A stretch of 64,000 nt of DNA from Tricharina praecox (taxonomy: Eukaryota), in NCBI RefSeq assembly GCF_024521635.1, contig NW_026250415.1, positions 620,001 to 684,000 on the forward strand, read 5' to 3'. The first letter of the stretch is position 1, and the number at the start of each line of letters is the position of its first letter. Made by a program: the position numbers and the translations under genes. Below, piece by piece: positions 58,063-64,000 of the stretch. Below the pieces are notes generated by a model. That model made no database searches and was not told the origin of the DNA. It saw nothing but the letters and a program-made list of their open reading frames with translations.

Positions 58063-59926
58063 TCATGTACTCAATAACTTCTCCTTGTTCTCCTTGATCC
58101 ATTCTATTGCGCTTTCACTGTCCTTTTCTGGGTTCTCGAGCTGCCACTCCATCAGGCGGTTCAGTGCGCCCATCAGCCAGGGCCCAGATTTCTCCTGGCC
58201 CAGTGCAGACATCAGTTGTTTCCCCTGTAGAAGTGTTAGCTAGTGGCGCCACGGGGAGAATAAATGTTGTGCTCACATTGAGGACTGTCTTGAAAGCATG
58301 AGCTTCCTCTAAATCCATGTCCTTGATCTGTGACAGAAACGTGCTATACTTCACCAGCACCTCCTGCGTTCGATCGGGACCACCCTCCTTCCAGTATGGT
58401 ATTGCCTCCAGCATCAACGCGCACAAATACTGACTCCTCCATTCGGCACCCAGCTCGCGTATAAACATTCCAACTTGGCTTCTGCTCAGCCCGACTTTCT
58501 GCACGACCTCCTGGATCATACTGTAGTTCCTGTATGAGCTGATGATGATATTGTTGATCTTTGTCATCATCCTAAGCCCCTCCCTTGCGGCGGTTGCGGC
58601 CGCGGGGATGTTCTTCCTCGTGTCCACGCCCGGGAACAAGTGCCCAGCCCAGGGACTGAAAGATGCGAGTAGCCAGGCGACGTATTGATCGTGCTTGTCA
58701 ACGGCGAGAGATTGGAGATTGGTGCAGTCGGGTGATGTCAGGATATGCTGTAGGACTGCAGTGGCGAGAGACAGGTTCTCTACTGGAAGGGTTGGGAGGG
58801 CATCGATTGGCGGGGTGAAGATGGCATCGAAGAGGGTAAGGGAATCCATTAGAGTGAGTGCCCGGTACGGGTTTGGTCCTGTAATACTGGGTGAGCCGTG
58901 GATTCAGAGGTCAATATTGTGAGTTAAAAACCTTGGAGCATCTTTTCGATCTCAACACCGATCCTTTCTCGCGAAATCTTCATGCGAAGAGCCTTCTTGA
59001 TCTCAGGATCCCGCATGGCTTCCTTAGCTTCATCCACAATCTCAAAGTTGAGTCTACTCGAGAATCGGAGTAGACGGAGAACCCGTAGAGGATCGTCGTT
59101 GAAGGTCTGGAACGGTGGAAGCGGCGTCCGTATCACCTTGTTCTTTATATCTTCCAAGCCCCTCTCCGTAAAGTCCTCGATCTGCTGCGTGTGGATGTTA
59201 TAGAAGAGGGCATTGATGCAGGCATCGCGACGCAGAGCGTCTTGGACGGGAGTCCCGAACTCCTCCAGGATGTGTTAGCAACGCATGAGGGCAGGTTAGG
59301 ACAGCTTGCAAACAAACCATCTGCGGAATCCGACTGTCCTCCGAGTAGGTCTCGCTTCTCAGATTGACAAAGTCAATATCCAAGCTCAGGATCTTGGTAG
59401 TGGCCGTTTCCAGATGTTTCGACTTCTCGGGATTGCTTTCGACCTTGTGGATATTGCGCGTTGGGATATCGTAGGCATCATTGTGTTCGGTAAGAAACTC
59501 CTGCATCCTCGTCGCGAAATCAAAGCCGGTCATCTTGTTGATTCCGACATCTATGTCATGGCTTTGCTGTCCGATCAACTTGTCGCGGACCCACCCACCG
59601 GTAAAGCGCAGTATGAGCGGCTCGTCGTGTTCCGCGCGGCCGGCATCGATCTCGGCGGCAACATCGACAAGGAGTTTGCGGACTCTCTCCTCTTCGGGGG
59701 TCAGAACGATTGTGGAGGTGGGGATCGCGGCGGTGGACATGGCGGCGGACAAGGCTGTGATGGCGGGGTTACGACAACGGCGTTTAGCTGCACGCTGGTG
59801 AGGGTGGTCCAGCGCTGAGCGGCCCGACAATGTTCGTGTCAAGTTGTTAATGGTGGGAGAGAAGGACCGGAAGAGGCACTGCTGCGGGCGATATAGGGAC
59901 GAGAGGAGAAAATGAGTCAACCTCAT
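58063..59926 (-). CDS. CCA1: CCA tRNA nucleotidyltransferase; three introns; alternative in-frame starts at 59926 and 59740
   Basis: RFTGGWVRDKL, HDIDVG, NPEKSKHLETA, DFVNLRSETY, FGTP..DALRRD, DDPLRVLRLLRF and KISRERIGVE. Confidence 0.94.
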
Positions 59927-60888
59927 AACATCTGTGCTGCGATTCCGAATGACTCCCTGTGGCTCACTACTCTAATGGTCGGTAGAGTTAGAGAACTTCT
60001 ACAGCGTCATAACGTGATTACTGCAGCTAATGTCACGTGAACAGGCCCTCCAGTTAACATTCCCCAGCTCCAGATCGAAGAGAGTGAAAGAGAAAGAGAA
60101 GAGAAGGAGTGGCCCAGCAAATGACTGAGCCAAAGAGCTATGAAAAGCCCAAAAAACAATAAGAATGAAACGGTGTATTCTACGTTTAAACGGCGGCATT
60201 CTCGGTATACATACTTTGACACAAGATTAATCAGGAAGTTAAAACCCAAGCTGAGAACTATTATTGATGCTGGGTATGGACAACAATAGAGAGGCGAGAG
60301 GAGAAAAAGACGGTGAGGAAGTAGGGATATCAATCATGGTGAGTGATATGGGTACACGGTCTAGAGTACCTAGTTTACCGTGTTTTCGTCACTCTACCCG
60401 CCTGGTTAATACATCCCACGCGTGGTTCGGATGATGCTGGTTGCTCGTTAACGCTGGTTGGCGCTTTTAACTTCACTCCATCCCGAACGCAGAACGACAA
60501 CCCCACAATTCGTCCCTCGTTCTCTTCTCGCTTTCAACCCACCACACCGACCGCCATCCGCCACGACGATTCTCCGCCGACACACGTCCAACACCCCACC
60601 AACATCATCCCCGCTTCACCCCCTCTTCGGTGACCGCATTGGCCCTTTACCTAATCGATCCCCGCCTCTCAGCTTTCAGCTCGAAGCTTGACTCCACACC
60701 ACGCGATATTCGATCTCCGTGATATGGACGTCAAACCTGATTCCTTGGAACGCCATATCGATACCGGCAGCGTCTGAATTGCCCTCCCCCTCGCGCGTAC
60801 CATACGATATCTCCTCACACCATAATCAATTGAAACACCCCCGCGCCACAACACCTACAAATCATACAACTACCATAGTACCTGCGAC

Positions 60889-63800
60889 ATGTCTTCGCAA
60901 ATTACTCGTGCCCGTAAGCGTATGTTGTTACTACTCGGAGGTGGGACGTGGGTGCCACGCTCGGTTCGCTGATATCAGGTTGCAGGGGAACTACGAACTC
61001 TCAACCAGGCCGCCTGGGAAGGAGACAAAGGTACGGCCCCACCTCGTTTCATAATCTCGTGTACCACCAGGGTAACTCATGGTTCATTGGTCATCCGCAC
61101 ACAGGCGTGTTCAAGGTAGCCGGATCCCTCGATTCGTCGCTCAAGAAAAACACCGCCGTGATCAAGCGGTTGCGTACTTCCTTGATCTCGGAGTCCCAAG
61201 CCGCACTCCTAAAGGATATCCAGACCACGTCGTTGGAGAAATACCTTCCCGAAGTCATCTCCGCCGTTGCCGAAGGACTGCAGAAATCGAAAATTGCCGA
61301 TACCGGTGCTATCGTCGAGGTCGTCTCTGCCCTGCACCAGCGCTTCCAAAGGGACTTCACGCCGAAGCTTACCTTTGCTCTCGCGAAGGGACTGGCAAAC
61401 CCCCGGGCTGAAGTGCTGAAGGGACTGTCTCCGGAACAGAGGGAACGTGAGGAGAAGGAGAGATTGGCTAGACAGCGGTCTTTGCTGAGGATCGGTGTCG
61501 AACTGTGGCTTGTCGGCGTCATCAGAACGGTGCAAGACGCAGAGGACGGATCTCTACTCAAGAATGGGGCTGCCGGAACCACTACGAAGGTTGCTGCACC
61601 TATTCCGAAAAAGGAATCTGGGGATATAGAACCCTTCCCTTTGGAAGTCCTCAAGGAACTCTTGGGCAGGGATAAGGAGCACATAAACCTGCCTTTGGTG
61701 GTCCTGTTCGTCAAGCAATTCGCATATGATGTCTTAGGATTGAAGGCACGTAACTCGGCACGGAAGACTGTGGAAGAGGATGGTGCAACAAACGCTACAG
61801 TAACGGAGACGAACGGAAAGATCAAGGAGGAAACAGGAGAGAAGAACGACATCGATCCCAATGACCCTCCGCTTACACCCCCGGAAGTTCAGCAGCGCTT
61901 CAAGAACATCCTTACCCGCTACATGGACTCGGTCAAGTCTCACATCGTGCGTGATCACGAGCGCCTCCAGACACAGTCCGCTCGCAATGCGGAAGCATAC
62001 ATCAAATCCGGAGAGATTTTCGAGGACCGGCAGGCCAATTACGAAAAGCTTGTTAAGCTCCAGGAGAAGTTGATTGCAAATGCTCAGGTTGTGGCGGATA
62101 TCGTAGGACTCGAGATGCCAGATCTCCCGGATGATCGCAATGACGAGGGCGTGAAGGACAGCATTATTAGGGAGGGAAGCAGCATGTTTGCGAATAAGGG
62201 TGAAGAGGGAAAGAACGGAATCTGGGAGGACGAAGACCAGCGGAGGTTCTATGAGGATTTGATCGATCTCAAGGGCAAAGTCCCCACAATCCTGCTTGAG
62301 GATGGAAAGAAGAAGAGGAAGGATGGGGACCCCAAAACCGAGGATGAAATCAAGAGCACTGGGGATGAGGCAGCAGACGCCGGCAGAGACGATCAAGAAG
62401 TGGTGGCGAATGGTGAGACGGAGGAAGACAAGAAAGCCGCCGAAGATGCTGCCAGCACTGTCATTGTCAACAAAACGATTGGCGCTCAGGTGGACGCGCT
62501 GCTATTGCGGCTTCCGGATCTCAACAATCGGGACATGATCGACCAAGCTGCCATTGATTTTTGCTTCCTCAATTCCAAAGCGTCCAGGAACAGGCTCATT
62601 CGTGTTCTGCAAGAGGTTCCCCGCAGCCGCCAGGACTTGTTGCCAGCTTATTCTCGTCTCACGGCAACCCTCAACAGGTATCTTCCCGACATTGGCAAAG
62701 CCCTGGTTGAGCATCTTGACAAGGAGTTCCGCTCTCTTCAGAGACGCAAGGAGAAGGATCTCTCGGAATCCCGTGCTCGGAATGCTCGTTACCTCTCCGA
62801 GCTGACAAAGTTTGGAGTGGTCCCTGAGCATGTCATCTTCCATTGTCTCAAGGTGGCACTCGAAGACTTCCATCGCACCAATATCGAGATTATCTGCCAT
62901 ATCCTTGAAACCTGCGGCAGGTACCTCCTTCGAACTGCTGAGACAGGACCGCGGATGGCCGCGTTCCTCGAGACGCTCAAGAAGAAGAAAGATGGTGTCC
63001 ATCACCTTGGACAGCAGGAACGTATCTCAATTGAGAATGCCTTCTACTATGTCAACCCTCCAGAGAGACCCGCCATCGCCCAGAAGGAGCGTTCCATTAT
63101 GGAGCTTTTCGTCCGCAAGTTGATCTACCTGGATCTCACCAAGCGCAACTACGTCAAGATCCTGAAGCAGCTACGCAAACTCCATTGGGAAGATCCTTCA
63201 ATCGTCAGCATGCTGAAGAAGGTATTCACCAAGGTTTGGAAGGTGCGATATAACAATATCCACATCCTCGCTATTATTGTTGGCGCCTTGAGCCGTTACC
63301 ATCAAGATTTCGCATATGGAGTCATTGACGAAATCTTGGAGCAAATCTCGGTTGGACTGGAAGAAAACAACTTCAAGCATAACCAGAGACGTGTCGCGCA
63401 AGTCAAATATCTCGGCGAATTGTACAATTATAAGATGGTCGATTCCCCGGTTATCTTTGATGCCTTATACCGCATCGTCACCTTCGGGCACGAAGGCGGT
63501 ATGCCAAAGCCGGGAGTACTCTGCCACTTGGATCCGCCCGACGATTTCTTTAGGATCAGGCTTGCATGCTCTCTCCTCGACGTGTGTGGCGCCTGCTTCG
63601 ACCGCGGCACCGCCAAAAAGAAGTTGGACTTTTTCCTTGCGTTCCTGCAGTACTACTACCATACGAAGGACCCTGCTCCAATGGATATCGACTTCCTGCT
63701 GCAGGATACCCTCGCCGCTTTGAGGCCATCAATGGTGATGCCCGCTACCCTTGAGGAGGCTGGAAAGGCTTTTGAAGAGGCCGTTGCAAAAACCTACAAG

Positions 63801-64000
63801 AAGACCGAGATGGACAAGAATGCAGCCGCCGAGCAGGAAGAGGCTGAAGAAGAGTCTAACTCTGACGACGATGAGGGAGAAGGAGAGGACGTGGAGCTCC
63901 GGGACGAAGATGACGTAGCCGTGTCTGACGGCGAAGAGGGTGAGGAAGGGGAGGAGGGTACGGCTGCCGCAGGCCCTCAGAGTGATCCATCCAATCACTC
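60889..64000 (+). CDS. UPF2: Nonsense-mediated decay factor Upf2/Nmd2 (MIF4G domains), running off the window; two early introns
   Basis: LDSSLKKNTAVIKRLR, SLEKYLPE, GIWEDEDQRRFYEDLIDL, DFCFLNSKASRNRL, LETCGRYL, DPPDDFFRIRL and an acidic tail; open frame from ~61105 to the end, absent from the ORF track because it has no stop. Confidence 0.96.

Overview
Gene-dense, intron-containing genomic DNA from a filamentous ascomycete (Pezizomycotina; Pezizomycetes is my inference and cannot be proven from the window). I reconstructed 17 spliced protein-coding genes by hand: PRP4 kinase (5'-truncated), MCM3, a head-to-head pair of class V and class VII myosin-motor chitin synthases, a DHA1-type MFS transporter, an intracellular GH5, an orphan tandem-repeat protein, OAC1, HOG1, AVL9, a single-pass membrane protein, a Pth11-like GPCR, an HST3-type sirtuin, a BRCT-only DNA polymerase lambda-like gene, RVB1, CCA1 and UPF2 (3'-truncated). 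I recognised no rRNA, tRNA, transposase or true CRISPR/cas. The most notable unexplained items are: (i) a non-coding 13-unit array of constant cores and shuffled cassettes between MCM3 and the class V chitin synthase, with a related short copy about 48 kb away, followed by an 80-bp inverted-repeat element and a palindromic TGACT..AGTCA repeat; (ii) a Pol lambda-like gene that stops after its BRCT domain; (iii) a cluster of non-consensus splice signals, including three GC-AG introns, repeated GTTTGT donors and a GAG/GAG acceptor; and (iv) an orphan repeat/RS-rich protein with an apparent intron starting right after its stop codon. All exon boundaries are manual predictions.
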